Origin: Somniosus microcephalus
Taxonomy: Eukaryota
Assembly: GCA_052327205.1 (NCBI GenBank)
Contig: CM126223.1
Coordinates: 64,790,001-64,854,000 of the forward strand
DNA: 64,000 nucleotides
Direction of reading: 5' to 3'
Part shown: positions 36,212 to 49,389 of the stretch, one piece after another
How the letters are laid out: the number at the start of each line of letters is the position of its first letter
Position numbering within the stretch: position 1 is the stretch's first letter
Program-made: the position numbers and the translations under genes
The notes under the pieces: generated by a model
What the model was told of the DNA's origin: nothing
Seen by the model: only the letters and a program-made list of their open reading frames with translations
Database searches by the model: none

Positions 36212-36855
36212 GGGGGAAAAATTCGGTATCGCCCCATTTGGGGCGCCGTTATCAGCCGTGCGCAAAGTTCAGCGCCTGGCACTAATTATCGCCTCCGACA
36301 GCAAACTTGGCTTTTATCGCCCCTGGAGGTGATTGGAGCGTTAAATCAGGCGCTTCACACCTGTCTTAAAGCGCAAACGCCGAGGAGTGAGGGGCTACCT
36401 CAGAGTGCTGGCGAAGCAAGGAAAGGCAAATCAAAATAAACCTGCAAAGTGCTGCTCAGTACTCAAAACTCCTTCACACAGCGTTGAATCTCTCCAGAAG
36501 TCTCTCTCTGACTGCGTGGTGCAAAAATGTCACCGACAAAAAAAGGCAGGAAGCGGTCGCCTTTAAATAGCGCTCCCCTAGTCCCTTTCTGACAGCATAA
36601 CCCTCCCCTCAACCTGTTGTTGCTAACGGCAAGTGGTAAGGCAGGGGGCGCCACTCAATATCCGGTCCGGGGCGCTAAGCTCTCGAATGACGTCACAATC
36701 TGCCAGCGCAGGAGATCATGGCGGTAGTGTTTAGCGCTGCCGCAAAATGTCTAGTTAATTTCGCGAGCGGCGCAAACATCGCCGCGCCCGGGCGCTAGTT
36801 GCTTTGCGCCCCAATTGGCGCTAACTGGAGGTGCAAACAACTGAATTTTTCCCCC
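36212..36855. mobile_element. PIF/Harbinger-type MITE, CpG-rich, intact ends
   Basis: Perfect 13-bp TIRs gggggaaaaattc and gaatttttccccc, flanked by TAA TSDs (36209-36211, 36856-36858). Confidence 0.85.
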
Positions 36856-37621
36856 TAATACTTTAATGTGGCGTAGCCCCCCACCAAATTTTTATTTTAC
36901 ATCAAAGCTTAGAGGTTGCACGGCCAAATTCTCCAAAGTGAACATTAACTTTGAGGAATGATTTGAAAGTCCATGGGCCACAGACACCCACTTCTGACAG
37001 AAGGTTTTAAGTTTCAAGTTTCATTATTTATTATAACATTGTTACTGTTTAACAAAAATACTAATCAAATGCAAGTTATTCTGTAGTGCTGACAGATACT
37101 ATGCAAATACTCCAGCAAATACTGTGACTAACACTTAAAATGACCAAAAATGTCCTTGGATGACATGTTACCATGTTTGTAAACCCAGTGGTGTGCAGTC
37201 ATGAGGTGCACTCCATTACACTGTCATATTGCTGACTGCAATGACAACTACGTTAAAAAAAGCAGATACATGATATACCTGGTGGCCAAAATGCTGGCAT
37301 GAGGTAGCACATTTTTGCATCAAACTGCTACACAAACTCAGTTTGCTTAAAAAAAAACTCTCCACAATGTCATCAAAATACTCCTTTTAGGGCAATGTTA
37401 GTAAAAGCTGTGGTATGGCATTGCACTACATCACCTCAAACATCCAGCCCAGCAGGCAACTCAGTGATCAGCAGTGTCGTGTTGCTTCCAGTCCGATAGC
37501 TGGGAACAACTAACCTCTCAATCAAAAATACAGGCAACTGCCTTTTTTCTAATAGTAGACTTGTGCCAGCAAGAAAATTTTGTGTATGAGACCAGGATGC
37601 TGTTGTAGAAAACACTGTGCT

Positions 37622-40180
37622 TAAGAACATAAGAAATAGGAGTAGGAGTAGGCCATTCGGCCCCTCGACCCTGCTCTGCCATTCAATAAGATCATGGCTG
37701 ATCTTCTACCTCATCTCCACTTTCCTGCACTACCTCCATATCCCTTAATATTCAAAATCTATCGACCCCTGTTTGAATATACTCAACGACTGAGCCTCCA
37801 CAGCCCTCTGGGGTAGAGAATTTCAAAGATTCACCACCCTCAGTAATAGAGAACTGGTTGGCGGACAGAAAGCAAAGAGTTGGAATAAACGGGTCGTTTT
37901 CCGAGTGGCAGGCAGTGACTAGTGGGGTACCGCAAGGATCGGTCCTAGGACCCCAGCTGTTCACAATATTTATTAATGATCTGGATGAGGGAATTGGATG
38001 TAATATCTCCAAATTTGCAGACGACACAAAGCTGGGGGGGGGGAGGGTATGCTGTGAGGAGGAGGTCGTGAAACTCCAGCACGATTTGGACAGGTTGGGT
38101 GATTGGGCAGAAACATGGCAAATGCACTATAATGTGGATAAATGTGAGGTTATCCACTTTGGTGGCAAAAACAGGAAGGCAGATTATTATTTGAATGGTA
38201 ATAGTTTGGGAGAAGGGGAAGTGCAAAGAGACCTGGGTGTTCTTGTGCACCAGTCGCTGAAGGTAAGCATGCAGGTGCAGCAGGCGGTTAAGAAGGCAAA
38301 TGGTATGTTGGCCTTCGTAGCAAGAGGGTTCGAGTACAAGAACAAGGATGTCTTGCTACAGTTGTACAGGGCCTTGGTGAGACCACACCTTGAGTATTGT
38401 GTGCAGTTTTGGTCGCCTTACCTGAGGAAGGACGTTCTTGCCATGGAAGGAGTGCAGCGAAGATTCACCAGGCTGATACCTGGGATGGCAGGAATGACGT
38501 ATGAGGAGAGATTGTGTCGATTGGGCTTATACTCACTGGAGTTTAGAAGATTGAGAGGGGATCTCATCGAAACCTATAAAATTCTGTCAGGCCTGGACAG
38601 ACTAGATGCAGGAAGGATGTTTCTGATGGCCGGGGAGTCCAGAACCAGGGGTCATAGTCTAAGGATAAGGGGTAAGCCATTTAGGACTGAAATGAGGAGG
38701 AATTTCTTCACCCAGAGAGTGGTGAACCTGTGGAATTGTCTGCCAGAGGGCGGTGGAGGCCAGTTCATTAAGTATATTCAAGAAAGAGTTGGATATATTT
38801 CTTAAGGCTAAAGGGATCAAGGGATATGGGGAGAAGGCAGGGACCGAGTACTGAATTTGGATGATCAGCCATGATCTCACTGAATGGTGGAGCAGGCTCG
38901 AAGGGCCGAATGGCCTACTCCTGCTCCTATCTTCTATGTATCTATGTAAGAAATTTTTCCTCATCTCAGTCCTAAATGGCCGATCCTTTATTCGGAGACT
39001 GTGGCCCCTGGTTCTAGACTCCCCAGCCGATATAGATTATGAATAGCTGAGGCCCAAGTACTGATCCTTGTGGTACCCCACTAGTTACAGCCTGCCAAGT
39101 TGAAAATGACACGTTTATTCCTCCTCTGTTTTCTGTCTGTTAACCAATCCTCAATCCATGCTAATATATTACTCCCAATCCAATGAGCCCTAATTTTGTT
39201 TAATAACCTCTTGTGTGGCACCTTATCGAATGCCTTCTGAAAATCCACATCCACTGGTTTCCCTCATCTATTCTGCTAGTTACAACCTCAAAACGGATTC
39301 GTCAAACATGATTTCCCTTTCATAAATCCGTGTTGACTCTGCCCAATCCTATTATTATTTTCTAAGTGCCCTGTTACCACGTCCTTAATAATAGATTCTA
39401 GCATTTTCCCTACTACTGATGTCAGGCTAACTGGTCTGTCATTCCCCATTTTCTCTCTCCCTCCTTTCTTAAATGGTGGGATTACATTTGGCTCATTCCA
39501 ATCTGTGGGAACCATTCTAGAATCTATGAAATTTTGGAAAATGACAACCAATGCATCCACTATCTCTATAGCCACCTCTTAAAACCTTAGGATGCAGGCC
39601 AGCAGGTCCAGGGGATTTATCGGCTTTCAGTCCCATTAATTTCACCAGTGCCTTTTTTTTTTTTAAGAATCATAATTTCTTTCAGTCCCTCATTCTCGCT
39701 AGACCCTTGGTTCTCCACTATTTCCGGGAAGTTTTTTGCATCTTCTTCCGTGAAGACACACACAAAATATTTGTTTAATTTCTCTGCCATTTCCTTAATC
39801 CCCATTATAATTTCTCCTGTCTTGGCCTGTAAGGGACCCACGTTTACTTTCGCTAATCTTTTCCTTTTTACATACCTATAGAAGCTTTACAGTCCGTTTT
39901 TATGTCTCTTGCTAGTTTACTCTCATATTCTATTTTCCCTTTCTTTATCAATTTCTTGGTTCTCCTTTGCTGAATTCTAAAATTCTCCCAATCCTCAGGC
40001 TTACTACTCTTTTTGACAACATTATAAGCCTCTTCCTTTGATCTAATACTATCTAACTTCTCGTTAGCCACGGTTGGACCATTTTTCTTGTGGGGTTTTT
40101 GTGCCTTAAAGGAATGTATATTTGTTGTAAATTATGTATTAATTCTTTAAATGCTAGCCGTTGCTTGTCTACCATCATAC
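37622..40180 (-). mobile_element. CR1 LINE, 5'-truncated and internally deleted, interrupted by a + strand CR1
   Basis: 3' tail at 37622-37842 resumes at 38948 (aagaaatttttcctcatctcag). RT fragments PLQAKTGEIIMG and RPVSLTSVVGKMLESII..QHGFMKGKSCLTN. Confidence 0.88.
37845..38947 (+). mobile_element. Young CR1 LINE 3' part, nested in the previous element
   Basis: 315-aa ORF with SGVPQGSVLGPQLF..KFADDTKL..RPHLEYCVQFWSP; tail gggccgaatggcctactcctgctcctatcttctatgtatctatg. Confidence 0.93.
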
Positions 40181-41564
40181 CTAAAGTGCACTTCAGTCTG
40201 CTATGACTTTATGTATACCCTCTTGGACATGCACAGTGGCGCTTGTATTTTACAGTAAACAGGAGCACGTAGTATGTGTTGCAAAGGTAACATTGCTGGC
40301 ATGAAGGGGGGTGGGTGGGGGGGGAGAGAAGGGGATTATTTTAGCAGTTCAATCAGATCAACCTGATGACTTTACCAAAAGCTATTAAAAGCATGGCTGA
40401 CTAATCTACAATACGTACACAAAATAGATTCCCTTAAATGTTGAGGACATGCCTTTAAAATAGTGGTGCATTGCACTTGTTTATAAAAAGCAAATTTGTC
40501 TCATCTTCCACAACAATGGATCATGGCATTACAAAATGAAAACTTCCACAAAGTTCATCGCTAAGACCATCTTTCTCCAACTAGCGAAAATGGAAAAAAG
40601 TCCAGAGAGTCCTTCGCAGTTGACAAAGCCAGTGCTGCCCTGTAGATCAACAGAAGACACACGCTTCTGTGGGACTAGTTTCCAGAATTTTTCTACCTGC
40701 TACAACTAGTTACAGGCCTCAGTTGGATTTGAGTTACAGCCTAGAAGCCCAGCTACAAACTGACTAAGACATGCTGCATATGGGTTGGAAAGTTGGCAGC
40801 AACACAAAACAAACCAAGAACTACAAAAGTACAAAGCCAATATTCCAGTGACTAATGGGCTGCAATAATTCTGCTTTTTGCCTTTGATGGCAAAGTTTTG
40901 AAGCCAAAGTTTTTTTTGCCATTAACATTGCCTGTGGTGAAGCTCTAATCTTAACGTGATTGAGGGTGCATAGATCAATTTTGGAAAGGTCCTTGTTCAT
41001 AGAAAGGATTTAATTAAGAAAAGCAGCGAAGGTTTCCGACTGATACTCTAGCATAATCCAGGAAAGCAAGCCATCAAGTCATTAATTTTCATGTTTCATA
41101 ATGAAAGGCAATAATTAGATGAATGCTTTCTTTAATTTGATTTTGTAGACTGGTCTGACAGCACCAGACTCTAATTGTTTATAATTTAAAATGTCCATAA
41201 CTTAATGTGAGGAGGGCTGCCACAGCTGGAGAGGGCTCAATTTTACTGGCCAAGTAATATCTGCTTCAGTTTCACATCAAGCACTTCCTGTCAACATCAA
41301 ACAGTGTGAAAGTTATAGAACCAAAATGGAGCGAATGATGTCAACAGGAAGATATCCAAAGGGCTAGCAGCATGCGCTGGCTTTAAATTTAACAGGCTTG
41401 CATGCAAGTAGCTGATATGTCCAGATGGCAACAAAACCAATGCACCTGGTATTAATGGGGCATGGTAAAGGACCATGAGAGAGAAATGAGCGAGATAGAG
41501 AGAGAGCGCGCGCAAGTGAGTGGGACGAGTTCATAGGAGTGAGAATAATCTGCAGATGCCAGCA

Positions 41565-43373
41565 GTAGATGAAGAGAAAAAGATTGGTAAAGTCAAGCGT
41601 AGGTCCCTTGCAGTCAGAATCAGGGGAATTTATAATGGGGAACAAAGACATGGCTGACCAATTAAATACATACTTTGGTTCTGTCTTCACAAAGGAGGAC
41701 ACAAATAACCTCCGAGAGATGTTGGGGAACATAGGGTCTAATGAGAGGGAGGAATTGAATGAAATCAGTATTTGTAGGGAAATGGTGTTAGGGAAATTGA
41801 CGGGATTGAAGGCCGATAAATCCCCAGGGCCTGATCATCTACATCCTAGGGTACTTAAGGAAGTGGCCCTAGAAATAGTAGATGCATTGCTGGTCATCTT
41901 CCAAAATTCTATAGACTCTGGAATAGTTCCCATGGATTAGAGGGTAGCTAATGTAACCCCACTATTTAAAAAAGGTGGTAGAGAAAAAAAACAGGGAATT
42001 ATAGACCGGTAAGCCTGACATCAGTAGTGGGGAAAATGCTAGAGTCCATTATAAAAGATGTAATAGCAGAGCACTTGGAAAACAGTGACAGGATCGGACA
42101 AAGTCAACATGGATTTACAAAAGGTAAATCATGCTTGACTAATCTACTGGAATTTTTTGAGGATGTAACTGGTAGAATAGATAAGGGAGAACCAGTGGAT
42201 GTGGTGTATTTGGATATTCAGAAGGCTATCGATAAGGTCCCACATAAGAGACTAGCGAGCAAAGTTAAAGCACATGGGATTGGGGGTAAGGTACTGACTT
42301 GGATAGAGAACTGGTTGGCAAACAGGAAGCAAAGAGTTGGAATAAATGGGTCTTTTTCCAAGTGGCCGGCAGTGACTTGTGGGATACCGCAGGGATCGGT
42401 GCTAGGACCCCAGTTATTCACAATATATATTAATGATCTAGACGAGGGAACTAGATGTAATATCTCCAAGTTTGCAGACAACACAAAGCTGGGTGGGCGT
42501 GTGTGCTGTGAGGAGGATGCAGAGAAACTCCAGTACGATTCGGACAGGTTGGGCAGATGCTGTATAATGTGGATAAATGCGAGGTTATCCACTTTGGTGA
42601 CAAAAACAGGAAGGCAGATTATCTGAACGGCAATAGATTGGGAAAAGGAGAAGTGCAACGAGACCTGGGTGTCCTTGTGCACCAGTCGCTGAAGGTAAGC
42701 ATGCAGGTGCAGCAGGCGGTTAAGGCGGCAAATGGTATGCTGGCCTTCATAGCGAGAGGATTAGAGTACAGGAGCAAGGATGTCTTGCTGCAGTTGTACA
42801 GGGCCTTGGTGAGACCACACCTTGAGTATTGTATGCAGTTTTGGTCACCTTATCTGAGGAAGGATGTTCTTGCCATGGAGGAAGTGCAGCGAAGATTCAC
42901 CAGGCTGATACCTGGGATGGCAGGAATGACGTATGGAGAGAGATTGGGTCGATTAGGCTTATATTCGCTGGAGTTTAGAAGAATGAGAGGGGATCTCATT
43001 GAAACTTATAAAATTCTAACAGGACTAGACAGACTAGATGCAGGAAGGCTGTTCCCGATGGCGGGGGAATCCAGTACCAGGGGTCACAGTTTAAGGATAA
43101 GGGGTAAGCCATTTAGGACTGAAATGAGGAGGAATTTCTTCACCCAGAGAGTGGAATTCTCTACCACAGAAGACAGTGGAGGCCAATTCATTAAATATAT
43201 TCAAGAAGGAGTTAGATATATTTCTTAAGGCTAAGGGGATCAAGGGATATGGGGAGAAAGCAGGGACAGGGTACTGAATTTGGATGATCAGCCATGATCG
43301 CATTGAATGGCGGAGCAGGCTCAAGGGGCCGAATAGCCTACTCCTGCTCCTATCTTCTATGTTTCTATGTTTC
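41565..43373 (+). mobile_element. CR1 LINE, 5'-truncated, with frameshifts and stops
   Basis: Consecutive RT fragments in ORFs 41569-41940, 42027-42626 and 42557-43228; ttctatgtttctatg tail. Confidence 0.93.
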
Positions 43374-43689
43374 AAGCAGCTTATGTTCATGCTCAAACGG
43401 CCTGGAGCACAGTTTTTCCTTTTAATCAACTCTGAAGTGGCTAGTGGTTTCAGGTCCAGCACAGAGTGCACCGAGTCAACTTTACCATAATCACTCACCA
43501 GGCTCGGTGTGGATTTGAGAGCCAGCAGCATTCCAGGTGCCCATGTATTGCCCAAGTTGGGCTTCAGAAACTGAATGCATCTGGGGTGGAGGGATATGGG
43601 GATAGCGGGCTACATGATCTAGGCAGAGAGAGCACAAGATACAGCTACTCCAGCCTCAAGTCTGGGAGGGAAGAGAACCAGCATCTTAG

Positions 43690-44110
43690 TTTCTTGAAAT
43701 TGATCTCATTTGCATGAACTTGATACCAAACTGGGAGGGACAGTGTCATTGGAGGAAGCAGCTCAGAGTAAACTGGACAAAAGAAAGGAGGGCAGATCAA
43801 ATTTAACACAGACAGGTGTTGCACATAGGATGGAGAAATAACCAACAAACACATACATACTTTATGAATGATGTTTAAATAGCTAAAGATGAAGTGGAAA
43901 GAGAGCTATGTGTTTTAGTAGACTTGATACTAAATATGTCTAACCAATGGAGAGCAGCAATCAACAAAACCAACAGAATGTTGAACTGCATTGGCAAATC
44001 ACTTAAATGTAAGTCAGAGGAAGTCATGATCAAACTACTCTGGGCAGACCACACCTTGAATACTATGTCCAGTTCTGGTCGCCAAGAAACAAGGGAAACA
44101 TTCAGTATCT
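43690..44110 (+). mobile_element. Old degraded CR1-type fragment
   Basis: ERELCVLVDLILNMSNQWRAAINKTNRMLNCI resembles CR1 ERDLGVLV..A.KKANxMLG; also cagaccacaccttgaatactatgtccagttctgg. Confidence 0.6.
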
Positions 44111-44299
44111 TGGAGAAGAAAGATCCACGAAAGGTGTTGCAGTCTACAATCCTTTTCTCAGGATGGAAGCACTGGTGTGACTACTGATATCCAGGATTAA
44201 AGGCTACTTGTGCAGAATTATTCAAGCAAAAAATGCACTTTCAAAATTAATTTGAAATACCATTGTGGAAATGAGACTTTGATGAAAAGATGCCATACA

Positions 44300-46507
44300 T
44301 ACATAGAAACATAGAAGATAGGAGCAGGAGTAGGCCATTCGGCCCTTCGAGCCTGCTCCGCCATTCAATGAGATCATGGCTGATCATCCAAATTCAGTAC
44401 CCGGTCCCTGCCTTCTCCCCATATCCCTTGATCCCTTTAGCCTTAAGAAATATATCCAACTCCTTCTTGAATATACTTAATGAACTGGCCTCCACCGCCC
44501 TCTGTGGCAGAGAATTCCACAGGTTCACCACTCTCTGGGTGAAGAAATTCCTCCTCATTTCAGTCCTAAATGGCTTACCCCTTATCCTTAGACTATGACC
44601 CCTGGTTCTGGACTCCCCGGCTATCAGAAACATCCTTCCAGCATCTAGTCTGTCCAGGCCTGACAGAATTTTATAGGTTTCGATGAGATCCCTTCTCAAT
44701 CTTCTAAACTCCAGTGAGTATAAGCCCAATCGACCCAATCTCTCCTCATACGTCATTCCTGCCATCCCAGGTATCAGCCTGGTGAATCGTTGCTGCACTC
44801 CTTCCATGGCAAGAACGTCCCTCCTCACGTAAGGCGACCAAAACTGCACACAATACTCAAGGTGTGGTCGAACCAAGGCCCTGTACAACTGTAGCAAGAC
44901 ATCCTTGTTCTTGTACTCGAACCCTCTTGCTACGAAGGCCAACATACCATTTGCCTTCTTAACCGCTTGCTGCACCTGCATGTTTACCTTCAGCGACTGG
45001 TGTACAAGGACACCCAGGTCTCTTTGCACTTCCCCTTCTCCCAAACTATTACCATTCAAATAATAATCTGCCTTCCTGTTTTTGCCACCAAAGTGGATAA
45101 CCTCACATTTATCCACATTATAGTGCATTTGCCATGTTTCTGCCCAATCACCCAACCTGTCCAAATCGTGCTGGAGTTTCACGACATCCTCCTCACAGCA
45201 TACCCTCCCCCCCAGCTTTGTGTCGTCTGCAAATTTGGAGATATTACATCCAATTCCCTCGTCCAGATCATTAATATATATTGTGAACAGCTGGGGTCCT
45301 AGGACCGATCCTTGCGGTACCCCACTAGTCACTGCCTGCCACTCGGAAAACGACCCGTTTATTCCAACTCTTTGCTTTCTGTCCGCCAACCAGTTCTCTA
45401 TCCAAGTCAATACCTTGCCCCCAATCCCACGTGCCTTAATTTTGCACGCTAATCTCTTATGCGGGACCTTATCGAAAGCCTTCTGAAAGTCCAAATACAC
45501 CACATCCACTCTATTTTACCAGTTACATCCTCAAAAAATTCCAGTAGATTAGTCAAGCATGATTTACCTTTTGTAAATCCATGTTGACTTTGTCCGATCC
45601 GGTCACTGCTTTCCAAGTGCTCTGCTATTACATCTTTTATAATGGACTCTAGCATTTTCCCCACTACCGATGTCAAGCTTACCGGTCTATAATCCCCCGC
45701 CTTTTCTCTACCACCTTTTTTGAATAGTGGGGTAACATTAGCTACCCGCCAATCCATGGGTACCATTCCAGAGACTATCGAGTTCTGGAAGATGACCAGC
45801 AATGCAGCTACTATTTCTAGGGCCACTTCCTTAAGTACCCTGGGATGTAGATTATCAGGCCCTGGGGATTTATCGGCCTTCAGTCCCATCAATTTTCCTA
45901 ACACCATTTCCCTACAAATACTGATTTCTTTCAGTTCCACCCTTTCATCAGACCCTATGTTCCCTGGCATCTCTGGGAGGTTATTTGTGTCCTCCTTTGT
46001 GAAGACAGAACCAAAATATGTATTTAGTTGGTCTGCCATTTCTTTGTTCCCCATTATAAATTCCCCTGATTCTGACTGCAAGGGACCTACGCTTGACTTC
46101 ACCAATCTTTTTCTCTTCACATATCTATAAAAGCTTTTACAGTCAGTTTTTATGTTCTCTGCAAGCTTACTCTCATATTCTATTTTCCCTTTCTTAATTA
46201 ATCCCTTTGTCCTCCTTTGTTGAATCCTAAACTGCTCCCAATCCTCAGGGTTATTGCTTTTTCTGGCCAATTTATATGCCCTCTCCTTGGACCTTATGCT
46301 ATCCCCAATTTCCCTTGTTAGCCACGGTTGGGTCACCTTTTTTGTTTTATTTTTATGCCAAACTGGGATGAACAAATTCTGTAGTTCATCCATTCGGTCT
46401 TTGAATGTTTGCCATTGCCTATCCACCGTCAACCCTTTGAGTGCCATTCCCCAATCAATCCTACCCAACTCGCTCCTCAGACCATCATAATTTCCTTTAT
46501 TTAAATT
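44300..46507 (-). mobile_element. Young CR1 LINE, 5'-truncated, with one internal frameshifting deletion near 45510
   Basis: ORFs 45449-46468 and 44394-45509 together give most of the RT half of ORF2; catagaaacatagaa tail at 44302. Confidence 0.95.
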
Positions 46508-46835
46508 GAACTATTGAAGAATTATACAAAATACTAATTTATCTATCAGTTCTTGATGCTGATCAACCGGCCATGCAGTTGAATTTTCTGTTTTTAATTA
46601 GTTTGCTTTTTAACTTTATTGTAAATGATCTGATGGCACTATTGCAAAAATATTTTGCCTTTCAATACAACCAAAAACAGAAAATGTAGAATCAAACCAG
46701 AGGCCCTTGGGAGTGCAAATTAAAAAATAACCAACGTTAAAATTGTTTAAAATCTTCTGTGCTATTTACTCTCAAAACATCAACAAAATTTAACCACTGA
46801 CTTTGCTACGAGAATCCTCATTCACATTCACTCAC

Positions 46836-46988
46836 CTGCATTTGAAGTCTGCGCAGTTCCTCACTAAGGTTGTTATTTACTTTCATTAGCTGCTGAACCT
46901 TGGCCTCCGATGCAGCTAAAGCTTTTTTCACCTCCAAATACTCCTGCAGTGTTATGGGGCCGTCGGATAAGTCGGATGAATCCATGCT
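46836..46988 (-). CDS. GIT1: GIT1 coding exon (coiled-coil dimerisation region)
   Basis: atttag| ... |gtgagt; 153 nt, phase 0/0; SMDSSDLSDGPITLQEYLEVKKALAASEAKVQQLMKVNNNLSEELRRLQMQ. Confidence 0.96.
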
Positions 46989-47822
46989 CTAAATATTAAG
47001 AAACAAAGGTTTTTTTAAAAATTGAACAGCCACAATACTCAAGCAACTTAGGACTTTTATCATTAAAATAAGGCTGCAAAAGTACCAAATTCAATCGCTG
47101 AAACAGGCCATATACAGCACATTGGCAGAACCGGAAAGAACGTGTTGCTGGTCGCTTGCCTCCTCTTGTGTTGCTCCCCTGCCTTTCCTTCTCCTCTTCT
47201 GTCCTCCTCCTAAGTTCATGGAAGCATGCTTCCTCCCCATTTCCACCCATCCACTTCATGGCAGCACACCTCTGCACTTGATCAGCTATACAACAGTGCT
47301 TCCAACTCATTCTGTGGTGCTAGTTTTTTGGCAAATCCAAGGCCAGCTGCTATGGGTGCAAATTTCTGACCCAACAATACTATTTTCAGGGGGGAACTTC
47401 CCCTGATTTAATGGCAGACATGTGGTCCAGATTTAATAGCTTACAAATCCAGACGTGGGCTGTGGCCCACCATTTCAGCAGCCCAGCAGAAGAAACGGAG
47501 GAGTAAATGGAGTGGGGGCTAGCAGTGATCTTATTTTCACAGGCAGTCTCAATGAACAAATGGTATTCAGTTGCTATGATGTGTGGTGGTAGATTGTTGG
47601 ACAGGCTTTTCTACAGTTTCACTTTTATGAATTTATGTAGCTATAACTGCAGTGAGAGCTACTTTCCTACATTAAGCTCCAGCTTCCCTCAGTGCCCCTC
47701 ACAAAGCATATTTCAATAATGCATCATAGTTTCAATTTCCAGCACTCAGAAGCAGTTGCTCTTTTGAGGTTTTTCTCTTGTAAAAAAAAATGTTTACAAA
47801 GGGTCAACTTTAGTATGCATAC

Positions 47823-48302
47823 GCAGATGGGGCCTCGGTTAACATTTCATCCGAAAGACAGCACCTCAGACAGTGCAGCACTCCCTCAGCACTGTATTGA
47901 CGCCCCGTCTGCTCTCTCAGGTGGACGTAAAAGATCCCACGGCACTATTTCGAAGAGAAGCAGGGGTGTTATCCCCGGTGTCCTGGGGCCAATATTTATC
48001 CCTCAAATCAACATCACTAAAACAGATTATCTGGTCATTATCACATTGCTATTTGTGGGAGCTTGCTGTGTGCAAATTGGCTGCTGCGTTTCCCACATCA
48101 CAACAGTGACTACACTCAAAGTGCTTCATTGGCTATGAAGCGCTTTGAGACGTCCGGCGGTCGTGAAAGGCACGATATAAATGTATGTATTTCTTTTTTT
48201 CTTTCACTGAAATGTCAGCCTAGATTTTTGTGCTCAAGTTTCTGGAGGTGGACTTAAACCTTCTGACTCTGAGTGTGCTACCCACTGAGCCACAGCTGAC
48301 AC
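47823..48302. mobile_element. Rearranged DeuSINE-type SINE: minus-strand 5' half interrupted by a plus-strand 3' half
   Basis: 48302-48205 and 47895-47823 are minus-strand head segments; 47902-48204 is the plus-strand central domain and tail. Confidence 0.8.
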
Positions 48303-49389
48303 GGGTCTGTGGCATATGGAATTTAGCCCACACATTCAAGCCTGTCACTTGAAAGCTTCCCTCCCTATATGCTGGCTGTTGAACATGTATCATAAATACT
48401 CAACTGAATGACTGGGCAACACAGCACATCAGAACTTGGTTTCTAGGAAATAGGCTACATCAGCAAAGATAGGAGATGAGCTCTCTCTTTTAAGTGATTA
48501 ATCATCATAAAGAGAATTTGGGAACAATCCCACTTCAGCTCCAAGTGAACAAAAGCCTATAAAGCACAAAAGTGATTTAAAAGCTGCCATTAATGTTTCA
48601 TCAAGAAAAAAAAATCTCCACAGGGAAGGCACAAATATGTGCATCAGTTACAGCTAAAATACAAGGACAGCACCTAGGTGCCCTGACAAGAGGCTATTGT
48701 CTGAGGCAAGTGTTATTTAGCACCTAGCAACTAGAATATGCAATGCACCAAAACATTTAATAGCATATGTTCAAAGCGCTTGTAGCCATGCTCAATATAG
48801 GAGCAATGAAAGGAGATACTGTTTTGCATCTGTTTCTTAATCTCTAACTTAGACCTTGGCTGCATACCAAACTACAAAAATGACACTTTAAATAAAACCG
48901 CAAGTGTGGTCAAGACCTAAACTAGTCTTTTGTGACTGGCAAGCTTAATGGTATTTCCTGTCGTTCCACAAGATTTTTGACTCACAGCAGAAATATGTTG
49001 CAATATGCATGTACTCTTTATTGGACCAATTTAAAAACTTGAAGTTTCCATCAACAGAAGATTTAAATTTGATCTGTTGTACGTACACCACAGCACAGTA
49101 AAAAATAAATGTCCAACATCAGACTACAGCAGTGCTGAAAGTAACAACCCTTGTACTGTTATTATAGTATGTTGGTGAAATGACCATGGATCTATAGATC
49201 AATGTTTTGGTGGGGAGGGGAGGGTCAAAGGGAGCTAGAATTAGGAATAGAAATGGGTAGAATAAATGGGACTCACCTATATATGCAACACAATCCCAAT
49301 TAATGATTATTCTAAGTTTTTACATGAAAATTAATTCAAAGCATCGGTTAATCTGGAAAACGGACCCAAATTTCGAAACTTCTGCTGCT

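Noticed and set aside
37858-46468. Long reverse-transcriptase ORFs (315, 339 and 371 aa) as a host gene or a novel RT system such as a retron or DGR
   Set aside because: They are 5'-truncated CR1 LINE ORF2 fragments with typical CR1 tails, frameshifts and multiple copies; there is no endonuclease domain or ORF1.
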